Shown here piece by piece: positions 1 to 9,662 of a DNA stretch of 64,000 bases. The notes under the pieces were generated by a model. That model did not search any database, was not told the DNA's origin, and was given only the letters and a program-made list of their open reading frames with translations. The stretch is from positions 310 to 64,309 of the forward strand of contig JAJNBC010000014.1 in assembly GCA_021156085.1 (NCBI GenBank), written 5' to 3'. Made by a program: the position numbers and the translations under genes. This DNA comes from Gammaproteobacteria bacterium (GTDB taxonomy: Bacteria > Pseudomonadota > Gammaproteobacteria > DSM-16500). How positions within the stretch are numbered: the first letter of the stretch is position 1; the number at the start of each line of letters is the position of its first letter.

Positions 1-121
1 TTTTAACTCTCTATTAACAGAAATTCGCACTTCGCATGAGCCCTCACCTCTTAACAGTAACATACTCACTCCTTGTCATCAGGAATTTTGAGTCCTCCTT
101 AGCAGGTTATTCATCTGCCTC

Positions 122-143
122 ATGTGAGAATAAATTCTCACAT
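122..143. promoter_or_regulatory. Perfect 10-2-10 palindrome ATGTGAGAAT-AA-ATTCTCACAT about 160 bp upstream of the XRE regulator gene; candidate operator
   Basis: Inverted repeat read directly in the sequence. It lies upstream of an HTH gene. Confidence 0.45.
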
Positions 144-304
144 AATAAAAACTAAGTCAACTCATTTTTATAAAATAAAAAAATTTAAAATAAACAGTAT
201 GAACTTAAAAATACAGTAAAAATAAACGATAAACAAGCGTAGACAACGAGAACTTATTCTCGTATCATAAAACCCTAATCAGATATTAAAAAGGAACCCG
301 CAAA

Positions 305-751
305 ATGAAATTACTACGCCTAGGCGCCCGTCTACGCGCCGCTAGAAAAGCCGCTGGATTTAAAACAGCGAAAGCTTTCTTGAAAAAACACCACGTCCCT
401 GCCTCAACCTACTCGCAGCACGAATCAGGTGCACGCACGCCGGATGATCAAGCATTAAAATTTTATGCCAAGGTCTTTGAAGTGGATTTCAATTGGTTAA
501 AGAAAGGTAAGGGACAGCCTTTCAAAAAAATCACGGCCTTTAAAAAAGAAACACTCGCAGAAGAATCAATTGAGTTAAGCCGCAAGAATCCGATTGATGA
601 AGCACTCTTAAAAAAAATCCTAACCCGCTATATTAAAATTCATGCATCCCCATTCTCTCTCAGCTCCATTCATGTTATCACCGAAGCATCAGCTAGAGCG
701 TATTGTCAGCATACAAACCCTATACGATTTAGAGTAAAAAATAAAAATTGA
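305..751 (+). CDS. XRE-family (Cro/C1-type) helix-turn-helix transcriptional regulator
   Basis: N-terminal LRLGARLRAARKAAGFKTAKAF...STYSQHESG matches the HTH_XRE signature. ORF of 148 aa. Confidence 0.6.
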   Translation: MKLLRLGARLRAARKAAGFKTAKAFLKKHHVPASTYSQHESGARTPDDQALKFYAKVFEVDFNWLKKGKGQPFKKITAFKKETLAEESIELSRKNPIDEALLKKILTRYIKIHASPFSLSSIHVITEASARAYCQHTNPIRFRVKNKN

Positions 752-989
752 ATGAAAAAATAATTAGATATTACATGAGGATAGCTTAATCATCCGGCGA
801 GACCAATAAATCTAAGCGTAGGGCTGAATGAAATTTAATCAGCCCATATTTACTAACAAGCTGGGCTATTTAAAAGATTTAAGTCTCTCGATAGCCCCCT
901 TTTTTTTCCGGAAGTTAACCTATCAAGCTGTTATAAGAAGAACCCTGTGAGGGGCATTGAGGAGCCCCCCGGTGTTAATATAATTTTAC

Positions 990-1937
990 TTAAACAGGTA
1001 ATACGGTAGCATAATATTGGGAACGGTTTGGGTAACTATGAAATTCCGAATTGTTCTTCCCTTTAAGGTCTCCCTGCTCTTTAGAAGAAGAAAACATACA
1101 AAATTTATTACCATAATAATAAAAAACAGCCACGGTAATCAAACCGGCTCCTACCAGTAAAGGGGCAAATACACTGGCAATAGAGGCAGCAAATAAAACG
1201 CTCCCGCCTGCAACCATTAACCAACCTACGCCTTTGACAAGAGAAGAGTACATGATTTGTTTCAGGTGCCTTACACGGGTAGCCCATTCCTCAGAATACT
1301 GATCTGACAAAGAGCCGCCCCCGGGCGACGCCCCCATGTAGGACTTTTGGTGCTGGTATTCCTTATACTGACAATACGCATCATGAAAAGCATTGAGTGC
1401 CAGTGCTAACGCAGCAAAAGCGCATGCAGGACTCAATCCTCCTGCAAAAGTAATAGCAGAATGAGGCACATGAACCACGGAGGTAGTCGCAATTACATCT
1501 GTAACATAAGCGCAACCTGCCAAGATGCCGCCACAGACAAGCTCGTGGTTTTCAACCAAATTATAGTGAGTACGTTCGCCAGACGAGATCCCACCCCACC
1601 AATTTTTGTGTTTCTCTCCCAACTGTATAGGCATTTTCTTTAGCCTATTCAACGTAAATGCATGAGTTAATTTGGCCAGAGCAGTTCCACCTAGTACGAT
1701 AACAGGCACTAACACCGGCAACAGAATAGCCGTACTTCCTACAAGAGTTGCAAAGGCGGTCAAGGCAAAAGGCGCTGTGATAGCACCAACCACTGCCATT
1801 CCCCCACCCGCAAATTCGGTCGTTTTAGCAATTCGAGTATTGTGTCTATCCCAGTTAATAGGCGCCCAATTTTCCCATGTTTTTTCTGCTCTGCGAAGAG
1901 CAGGAAAGCTCTCTGCACCGAATATTCTACTTAACAT
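990..1937 (-). CDS. Hypothetical polytopic membrane protein with Gly/Ala-rich TM segments
   Basis: 315-aa ORF with several hydrophobic helices. No recognisable family. Confidence 0.4.
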   Translation of the reverse strand: MLSRIFGAESFPALRRAEKTWENWAPINWDRHNTRIAKTTEFAGGGMAVVGAITAPFALTAFATLVGSTAILLPVLVPVIVLGGTALAKLTHAFTLNRLKKMPIQLGEKHKNWWGGISSGERTHYNLVENHELVCGGILAGCAYVTDVIATTSVVHVPHSAITFAGGLSPACAFAALALALNAFHDAYCQYKEYQHQKSYMGASPGGGSLSDQYSEEWATRVRHLKQIMYSSLVKGVGWLMVAGGSVLFAASIASVFAPLLVGAGLITVAVFYYYGNKFCMFSSSKEQGDLKGKNNSEFHSYPNRSQYYATVLPV

Positions 1938-2149
1938 TGTTTAATCCTCTTTGGGTATGCTTAATAAATACACAATTATAATCCTAAAAAATAAATTTGC
2001 AAATACGAGAGATACTCTCAAAGCGCTAGAAGTAGTGAGGGTAGTGAACTAACTAGGTGACCGGTTAGAAGCTATCCTTCATACGGAATAGGTCGCCTTA
2101 TCTTGCTGGGAGTATATGAGGTAAGACCCAGCTCATTTAGCTTTTTTTG

Positions 2150-2444
2150 CTATAAAAATCCTGTCAAAAAATCCAGTACCTTCGCATTCAATGACCACAT
2201 CAAACAAAACACAATCTGCTGTTCTGCTTCATATTCGGCAACTAATCGTAAGTTCAATTGCTTACGATTCATCTTCCGCCCATACCGATTTGCTATCCTT
2301 AACCACTCTTGAGCAATTTTTTCTGAAATACGCTTAGCTTGCGCTACATTTTTTAGTTGTCTAAATTCAAACTCTCTCACAGCTTGGGTAAGTAGAGCAA
2401 TTTTTTCTTAATGTCTAGCTGCGGAAACTTTACTATTTTTTCTT
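2150..2444 (-). pseudogene. Disrupted small HTH-type ORF, possibly a transposase OrfA-like fragment. An in-frame TAA separates MTQSRKNSKVSAARH from the 76-aa ORF.
   Basis: Reverse-strand translation shows ATG-15 codons-TAA followed by an in-frame HTH-like ORF (LKNVAQAKRISEKIAQEWLR). Family not assignable. Confidence 0.25.
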
Positions 2445-2590
2445 GATTGAGTCATTTGCATTATTCCTTTTATGCTTTAGTTGAGAGTTTATTATAGAAT
2501 AATTAAGTATAAATTGGTATATAAAAGTATGTCAATGAATTTTTTTATGGTAAGATACAGTTAATCAACCACCCGAGATGCAGGCGTTCA

Positions 2591-3232
2591 ATGACACATT
2601 CTCTAGCCATAAACAAGTCGGAAATTCATGAGATTTTGCAGCAGCTGATTCGATTTAAAGAAATCAGTGTCGCTGAACTCGCCAAACTAATCGGCCTACC
2701 TCAACCCACTATTCAACGTATTGCAGCCGGTGTTTATAAAAAACCCCATACTCGTACCCTAAAACCCATCGCGGATTTTTTTAATATCAGCATCAATCAG
2801 CTGAAGGGGTTCGAACCTATTCCATTTTTACTAACGAATAAAGTATTACATATGCTTCCTTTACTCACCCCAGAGCAAGCGCTTCAGCAGGCCGCTATAA
2901 AAGAAACAACGGAAAAAATTGCTTGTGATATTGTAATGGGCAATCGATCTTTTGCAATGTACATGCCCGATACCTCTATGGAACCCTTAATTCCCAAAGG
3001 TTCCACTTTATTAGTAGATCCCGATAGAACACCTCGGCATAGAAATTTCATTATTGTTAAATTGCATCATTATTCTGACATTCTTATCCGTCAGTTAATT
3101 ACGGATGGCAAAGAACTTTTTATTAAACCCTTGAGCCCTGACTTGCAATCTTTTAAAATGACCCTTCTTAATAAAAAAGATACTATTTTAGGCGTTATTG
3201 CTCAGGTCAGATTAAATTGCGAAGATTATTAA
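2591..3232 (+). CDS. cI/LexA-like repressor: N-terminal XRE HTH plus C-terminal S24 (LexA-type) peptidase domain
   Basis: HTH (VAELAKLIGLPQPTIQRI) at the N-terminus. C-terminal MEPLIPKGSTLLVDPD...IIVKL resembles the S24 autopeptidase fold. Confidence 0.6.
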   Translation: MTHSLAINKSEIHEILQQLIRFKEISVAELAKLIGLPQPTIQRIAAGVYKKPHTRTLKPIADFFNISINQLKGFEPIPFLLTNKVLHMLPLLTPEQALQQAAIKETTEKIACDIVMGNRSFAMYMPDTSMEPLIPKGSTLLVDPDRTPRHRNFIIVKLHHYSDILIRQLITDGKELFIKPLSPDLQSFKMTLLNKKDTILGVIAQVRLNCEDY

Positions 3233-3363
3233 AATAAGATGCATCGTTACAGGGAGTAAATATGTATAAAAATATATTAAATCTCAGCCTCTATTTCGAA
3301 TGGTTTTTAAAAAAATACCAAACACTGCAACAAGAAATTAAAAATATCAGCGCTTATCAAATA

Positions 3364-4100
3364 TTAGAAATAAACCAAAAAAGTAGACACGCTCGTTTCC
3401 ACTAGGTATTCATAATCTTTACTCAACCTGCGGTATTTATTAAGCCAAGCAAAAGTGCGTTCCACGATCCATCTTTTAGGCAGGACTTGAAAACCCTCCA
3501 TCAGCTTGATGCCACAACTCAGCAAGTAAGAATTAACGTCCTCTACTGCTTCCGGGACTCGATACCATTTTGACGGTCTTTTTACAATTTCAAGATTTCT
3601 ACCATAGTGTTTTACCATTGCTTGGGTCCGTTGACCGATGTACCCCATATCAGAAAAAATTAATTTTAAACGCTTCAAATGCCCATTTAATTTTTCTAAT
3701 ATATCTCTTAGTCCTTCTCTATCATTTCTATCTGCACTGGGACGGCTACTGACACCAAAAATCCTTGCGTATCCACTAAAATATGCCGCTTTCTGCCTTT
3801 AATCTTTTTAACGCCATCATACCCCTTGACCCCCCTTTTTCCGTTGTCTTAACGGATTGGCTATCGACTATCCCTACCGAAGGATCTTTCTTTTTCTTTA
3901 TCTTCAGCCGGATTTTCTCTCTTAGATAGTTTTCAAGCTCTACAAAAAAACCTCCATTTTTAATAGCCTGCTGCGCGTACCTGAGCTATTCTTAAACGGT
4001 CTTTTATGCCGCCTAGAAAGTCCTTGTAATTTTTATCCAAACGCCATGAGTCTTCTATTTTCTTAAGCTGTTTCTTCAGGAGCCTCTCCTTTTTTTATTT
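3364..4100 (-). mobile_element. Degenerate IS5-family transposase (DDE) remnant. The intact 104-aa C-terminal ORF carries the RWIVERTFAWLNKYRRLSKDYE motif. Upstream parts are frameshifted and stop-interrupted.
   Basis: ORF 3364..3678 has the IS5-family C-terminal signature. Reverse translation of 3680..4100 gives transposase-like pieces in several frames (…VSSRPSADRNDREGLRDILEKLNGH…). Confidence 0.6.
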
Positions 4101-4104
4101 GTTG

Positions 4105-4487
4105 AATTGCTACCACTTGAGCAGATTTTTGCGCTCCAATACACTTCAATAAATAATCGGTTATTGGCTGCATAGGCTTACGCAACCTCTCAAACGTCAG
4201 CGACGATATATCCTGCTGTAATGTCCCCATTCATTTTATGGTTAAGCAGCCTTTTCAACGCATAGGCAGGAATATCCCGGCTCTCAGCAACTGTTAGGAA
4301 CGTGCGGCGTGTGCGTCTTCATAAGGCGATGCGCCTTATTGCCTATATTTTTTTCAATCACAAAGCTTTTAGTGCCTGTAGCCGTCACACGCAGTGCAAA
4401 CCCCTTTAACTGGTCATCACGGTAAAATGCTTGGTCTTTATCAGTAGGAGCCTCAACCTTATTAACCCAGGCTTTTATTAGTTTCAT
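4105..4487 (-). pseudogene. Tyrosine integrase remnant (P4-type). N-terminal Arm-binding segment (KLIKAWVNK..TDKDQAFYRDDQLKGFALRVTATGTKSFV) fused out of frame to a C-terminal tail (…LNHKMNGDITAGYIVADVERLRKPMQPITDYLL). The catalytic core is deleted.
   Basis: 67-aa ORF matches the integrase DUF4102/Arm N-terminus. The downstream reverse-strand frame matches a typical integrase C-terminal tail. The catalytic domain between them is missing. Confidence 0.55.
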
Positions 4488-5436
4488 ATATCCCCTCTAT
4501 TTTTCATGTAGAACCAATGTCCAATGTAGAAAGACTGTTTAAAACCCATTAGAATAAATTAGAGCGGATAATAACACTTAATACTTTGAATATAAAAAGC
4601 TTTAATAATTAAATAGAAAAATGTAGAAACCATTAGAAGTATATATATTATAACTGTTAATCATTAGGCACTGGTTCGAGTAGTGAATACGTTTATTGTT
4701 TTCTTTAGGGCTACGATAACCGGTAACCATTCCTATTTTCGTTCTGTGAGCGTGTTGGATAGGCTCCCAGGTTAGAGTGTTATAAGAGAAATCAGAGGTG
4801 CTTTGCTTTCTCCCGCTGCTGCTTCTTGATTATTCTGCCGTGAGCCGTGATGATAAACCTAGCATAAAATTTTTTACTGAGGAAATAACCTATTTTATCT
4901 TTTTAAATTGCGCTATTATCATTTAATTTCTTTCAATTTGTCATTTAGCCAACTAATGGGACAAATTAAAATACCAAAATTAACGTATCAAATAGCTAAT
5001 ATTTTTGGTTAAATTTTACCTTATTTTAACTGATTATTTTTTTCTTCAACTTACTTCCTTTAAAATGCGCCCCTTCCCCCCAGCACTACGAAGCAATACA
5101 TTTCTAATCGATTGATTGCCGATGCTACGATTGATCGACCTAGAGATAATGTCTACAAGAATATTTTAGAGATGATCGTACTGACGAATAAAAATAAAGG
5201 AATAGTAAAAACTAAAAGTTAGTTTGAGAGGCTTTTGGCTATTTAAAAGTAACTCTTTTAGAACGCTGATTAACATACAATAATTAGCACATAATTTTTA
5301 TCTAAAAATTATATTATTAATATAAATTCTGATATTATTAATAAGTTAATATATAACTGTCACCATAAAAGTTTATTTTTAACTACGCTCAACATTGTAT
5401 TTTAATTCTATAATTTTTTGAAAAGAGGATAATAAA

Positions 5437-6165
5437 ATGAGTATCGCCGCAGAAGTAAAAAATGATAACCTCTTAGTTAGCAGCGTTGACTCATTGGAGA
5501 AATTTTTAGAGAAATGGGATGAAGAATATAGTAACAACATCTTATCTTTTCCCATATTTGATAAAGAAAAAACAAGTAAATGGACCATGGCTCAGCGGCA
5601 ATATTTCGTAAAAACGCTTTATCATGTTCGTGGACATTTCCACGATGTGCTTTGGTATATGGGAAATTTCGCGCCTAATAAGGAAATGAAAAATTTAATA
5701 CTCGACAATATTAAGGACGAGTTCAATGGAGATGGACTTTCTCACGAACTCTTATATTTGTTATTTGCTAAGGCGGTAAATGTAGATTTAACAGATGCTT
5801 CATTCACTGAAGAGGCTTATTTACCATTTATTAAAGAATTTAATCAAAGTCATTTAAAATGGCTGAGGAAACATGATTGGAATGAAAGATTATCTTTTTT
5901 TGCAGCCCTTGAAAGATTAGATAATACAGACTATGTACGGGGAAAAGAAATAGCAGAAAGTCTGGGATGTAAAAACAAAGATTTAGTTTTTTTTAACGTT
6001 CATATTCATGTTGAACACTTTAGCCGTATTTTAAATTACCTGAATAAAATATGGGTCGCTACACCAGAAAAAGTTAAAACACCCTTTTCTTTCATAAAAG
6101 AACACCATACTAAGATGTGGAAAAATCTTTCTGATACCATTTTTAATTATACAGGATTGAATTAA
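5437..6165 (+). CDS. Heme-oxygenase-like fold protein (TenA/PqqC/CADD-type 'iron-containing redox enzyme' family candidate)
   Basis: 242-aa all-helical-looking protein with spaced E/H pairs (…HVRGHFHD…, …DEFNGDGLSHE…, …NVHIHVEHF…) typical of HO-like di-iron/TenA proteins. Assignment is from motif pattern only. Confidence 0.35.
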   Translation: MSIAAEVKNDNLLVSSVDSLEKFLEKWDEEYSNNILSFPIFDKEKTSKWTMAQRQYFVKTLYHVRGHFHDVLWYMGNFAPNKEMKNLILDNIKDEFNGDGLSHELLYLLFAKAVNVDLTDASFTEEAYLPFIKEFNQSHLKWLRKHDWNERLSFFAALERLDNTDYVRGKEIAESLGCKNKDLVFFNVHIHVEHFSRILNYLNKIWVATPEKVKTPFSFIKEHHTKMWKNLSDTIFNYTGLN

Positions 6166-6171
6166 TAGCTC

Positions 6172-7467
6172 ATGTTAAAAAATATTCTTCATCTTGGAAA
6201 AAAAATAAAATTAAACATCGATAGAAGGGTAGAGAATTTTGGCGCACAATATATAGCTTTTGGAATATTTGGAATATTAAATTACCCTATTTATTATGCC
6301 ATTTGGAGTTATGGTGCCAAACAAACTTATGAAAGTTTATTGTTACGTGCTACAGCAACTATATTATGCTTGTTACTATTATTAAAGAATTATTGGCCAA
6401 GGAGGTTACAAACTTGGCTTCCCACTTACTGGTATATTACTCTCACATTTTGCATGCCTTTTTTCTTTACTTTTATGTTATTTAAAACTAATTTTGCACC
6501 AGTATGGCTAATGAGCACAAGTACTATCTTTTTCTGGCTTGTTTTGTTAGTAGATTGGGTAAGTTATATTGCTATTTTACCTTTAGGTATTTTTTTAGCC
6601 GGGGCATGTTATTATCTAGCTATTCCGCATCTTTTGATTAATGAAAATTATATGGACTATCTTGCTCAATATAGTGGCGCGCTTATCCTTGCTACTCTTT
6701 TTGCTTATAACAAAGAAAATTCAGAAAAATTAAAATTACAAGGTGTAAGAGCGGTCGGCGCTAGTATTGCACATGAATTACGAACACCATTAACTTCAAT
6801 AGATTTAGGGATTGCGGGTGCTAAAGAATACTTGCCTACGCTAATGGAAGCATACCTTACTGCAAAAGAACAGGGTATAGCTGTAAAACCCATTAAACCA
6901 AGCCACTATGAAACATTAACGACCTTACTAGATGACCTGCAAAAAGAGACGCAATATTCACACACGATTATTAATATACTACTAATGAATGCAAAACAAA
7001 ACTTGATCTCTGATAGTAATTTTAAATTATGCTCAATGAATGGGTGTATTAGTGACGCAATAAAACGCTATCCTTTTAAAGAGAAAGAACCAGAGCTTAT
7101 TCACTGGAACAGTCAAAATGATTTTATGTTTTATGGTGATCAGCTAGTCATGACACATGTCATTTTTAATTTGCTAAAAAATGCTCTTTATTTCATTGAA
7201 GCAGAAAGAAAAGGAGAAATTACGCTGTGGTATGAAACCAAAGAGGGTCATAATATTCTATGTTTTAAAGATACAGCCAAAGGTATTCCGGCTGCTGCTA
7301 TTTCTAAACTGTTTGATAGATTTTACAGTACTATTCCAAATGGTACTGGTTTAGGCCTATCGTTTTGTAAAATGGCTCTCAATAGCTTTGAGGGCGATAT
7401 CACTTGTAAATCTCGATATAGAGAATTTACTCAATTTGACATTAGTTTGCCGCAAATCAAAAATTAA
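6172..7467 (+). CDS. Six-TM sensor histidine kinase of CqsS/LqsS/LqsT type (HisKA + HATPase_c, no receiver domain)
   Basis: Six N-terminal hydrophobic helices with YY.IW.Y…QTYESL.LR and LPFFFTFM motifs resembling CqsS/LqsS. H-box ASIAHELRTPLTSI. C-terminal G-boxes (GTGLGLSFCK). Confidence 0.6.
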   Translation: MLKNILHLGKKIKLNIDRRVENFGAQYIAFGIFGILNYPIYYAIWSYGAKQTYESLLLRATATILCLLLLLKNYWPRRLQTWLPTYWYITLTFCMPFFFTFMLFKTNFAPVWLMSTSTIFFWLVLLVDWVSYIAILPLGIFLAGACYYLAIPHLLINENYMDYLAQYSGALILATLFAYNKENSEKLKLQGVRAVGASIAHELRTPLTSIDLGIAGAKEYLPTLMEAYLTAKEQGIAVKPIKPSHYETLTTLLDDLQKETQYSHTIINILLMNAKQNLISDSNFKLCSMNGCISDAIKRYPFKEKEPELIHWNSQNDFMFYGDQLVMTHVIFNLLKNALYFIEAERKGEITLWYETKEGHNILCFKDTAKGIPAAAISKLFDRFYSTIPNGTGLGLSFCKMALNSFEGDITCKSRYREFTQFDISLPQIKN

Positions 7468-7829
7468 CAAACAGGGCAAATCGGTGTAAAATATGAATTC
7501 GTCACAAAAATCTTTTAGGGTACTATCTTTGTTGGAAGAATAAATCGATTTTATAATAGGTAAATTTTCTTTATTCAGAATAGGCCTTTTCTCGGATGAT
7601 ACTTTTGGAGTTAAATCCCCTGTTTTTATACTTAAATATCTTGCAACAGTGCAGAAGAATGTACTAAAAAGCATTGCATCTCCTTTTTATAATTCTTTGG
7701 CAAGCAGTTTTAGCTCGTAGTTAAGCCACTATTTTATAAGGAGAAAATTCAAGAATATCCAGCATGACTATAATTTTTTGAACCGCTATAATAGGACATA
7801 GATGTTAACATTTATAAAGGAAGGCAAGC

Positions 7830-8822
7830 ATGAAGTGGTCTAAAGTCAGTCTGTGCTATTACCCAACTATTACTATTCTAATTGATGACAAGAAAAATTT
7901 TTTAAAAGAACTTGATTTAAAATTAAGCCATCAATTTTTCTACCGATTCTATACACAACCAGAAGAATTTATTGAATACATCAATCATCAATATTCATTT
8001 GATCCTTTCACTAACCGTTGTGTTTTCTTAGATAATGATGAGCTAGACCGTGGATCACAAAATATAAACATACGGATGATCCGTAATGAAGCCACTAACG
8101 AAAATCGTTTTTATCAAATATCAACATTAATATCCGATTATGCGATGCCAACTAAGAACGGTTTAGAATGCTGTCAATCCATCCCTGATAAATATGCCAT
8201 TACCAAAATATTATTAACAGGTCAAGCCGACAATAGCCTTGCGGTAGAAGCTTTCAATAAAGGTATTATCAATAAATTTATTCACAAATCGCCAAATGTG
8301 GCGCAATTAGTTAACTCCGCCATCTACGAAGCGCAAGTTAAATATTTCATAAATCTTTCCGAGAAACTATATGACATGCTCCCTGAAAGCACGACACAGT
8401 GTTTGACAGATCCAGCTTTTGCAGATTTTTTTTATAAATTATGTGAAGAAAAAAACATAGTTGAATATTATTTAACAGATGAGCGGGGTAGCTTTTTAAT
8501 GCTAGATATGCAAGGCAAACCTAGTTGGTTGGCAATAGCTAATGATGAGCAAATGGAAAGTTATTATGAAATAGCCCATGGCCATAAAAATGTATCGCCA
8601 TCGATCATGGATGGATTAAAAACCAAAAAAATGATAACTTATTTCTATACCGACGATGATTTAGATACCAGTGCAGCAGAATGGGAAAGTTACATGTATC
8701 CTGCCAAACAATTAACAGGGAAAGAAACTTACTATTACGCTTATATCGATAACCCGGATGCTTATGAGCTAGATCGTAATAACATTGTTTCTTATCAGCA
8801 GTTCTTACAAACAGAAAAATAA
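7830..8822 (+). CDS. Receiver-domain protein with C-terminal domain of unknown function (LqsR-like orphan response regulator)
   Basis: Receiver motifs ILIDD (acidic pocket), LISDYAMPTKNGLE (phospho-Asp about residue 103), ILLTGQAD and K-F-I-H-K-SP. No DNA-binding domain. Size (330 aa) and Asp position resemble LqsR. Confidence 0.5.
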   Translation: MKWSKVSLCYYPTITILIDDKKNFLKELDLKLSHQFFYRFYTQPEEFIEYINHQYSFDPFTNRCVFLDNDELDRGSQNINIRMIRNEATNENRFYQISTLISDYAMPTKNGLECCQSIPDKYAITKILLTGQADNSLAVEAFNKGIINKFIHKSPNVAQLVNSAIYEAQVKYFINLSEKLYDMLPESTTQCLTDPAFADFFYKLCEEKNIVEYYLTDERGSFLMLDMQGKPSWLAIANDEQMESYYEIAHGHKNVSPSIMDGLKTKKMITYFYTDDDLDTSAAEWESYMYPAKQLTGKETYYYAYIDNPDAYELDRNNIVSYQQFLQTEK

Positions 8823-8824
8823 AC

Positions 8825-9484
8825 TTAGCTTATTAATTCTGGTTTTCTTAACCAGATAATATAGGCCGCACTAAATAGCTGAACATTTTTAAGGGTAGAG
8901 AGTTTAGCGGATTGGTTAATGCCTATTAGCGTGTAGCAACCAGCTTGATCTCCTTTAGTCAATTGACGGACCACCGTTTCACCCGTTTTTAGTTGAATAA
9001 TGCAATTTAATCCCAACAATTTACTTATTTCCTGAGATTCAAAACAACGTGTCCCTGCGACGTGATCCCCTTTATTAAAACAAGGCTCCATACTGTTATC
9101 ATGAACAATCGTATCAATAGCATGAGGATGTAACTCGTAGAACAAAGCCAATTCTTGTGAAATGGTATTACCAGCTATATTTGGAAACACGTCTGCTTTG
9201 ATTTCGGGCAATTGTCCTTTACCGTATAATAGCCATTCCACGGTACAATTGATAACGCCTTCTTTTTTACAGGCGTTCACAATGCTTAAAGCGCCCTCGG
9301 CAGTCAAACCAGTATGACGCCCTTGCTCCCAGCTTTTTAAGGTAGAATCCTTGGTGTTGAATTTTTCACCAAATGCCCGTGAAGAATAGCGCAGAATTTT
9401 TCTTAAATATTTTATGCGGTTCCCTCGCTCTTTTTTTTCTAAATCAGTGACTTCCCGATGCTTCCTTCTCTTAATAATAGCCAT
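8825..9484 (-). CDS. Second cI/LexA-like repressor (XRE HTH + S24 peptidase domain)
   Basis: N-terminal HTH (IKYLRKILRYSSRAFGEKF…). C-terminal NSMEPCFNKGDHVAGTRC…IIQLKTGETVVRQL resembles the S24 peptidase. Confidence 0.55.
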   Translation of the reverse strand: MAIIKRRKHREVTDLEKKERGNRIKYLRKILRYSSRAFGEKFNTKDSTLKSWEQGRHTGLTAEGALSIVNACKKEGVINCTVEWLLYGKGQLPEIKADVFPNIAGNTISQELALFYELHPHAIDTIVHDNSMEPCFNKGDHVAGTRCFESQEISKLLGLNCIIQLKTGETVVRQLTKGDQAGCYTLIGINQSAKLSTLKNVQLFSAAYIIWLRKPELIS

Positions 9485-9662
9485 GTTTCTCCCTATTCTT
9501 TATATTTCAGATATAGCTAAAAGCTCACAACACATGGAGTTTTTAACGCCTATTCCAAAGACGATAATATCGTCTACCATGGCGAAAATGAGATAGAAAT
9601 CCATGGCGTTAGTATATCGAGCAGCCTGGACAAACAGCAAGCATCCCATCTAACAAGAGGTA

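Noticed and set aside
1461-1944. ORFs 1461..1643 and 1672..1944 (+)
   Set aside because: They lie antisense and entirely within the longer 990..1937 (-) gene. No RBS and low-complexity translation.
4650-4760. Possible tRNA/tmRNA att site next to the integrase remnant (GGTTCGAG-like string at about 4664)
   Set aside because: No acceptor-stem pairing or CCA-proximal structure could be built. Probably a chance match. The original att site appears lost.
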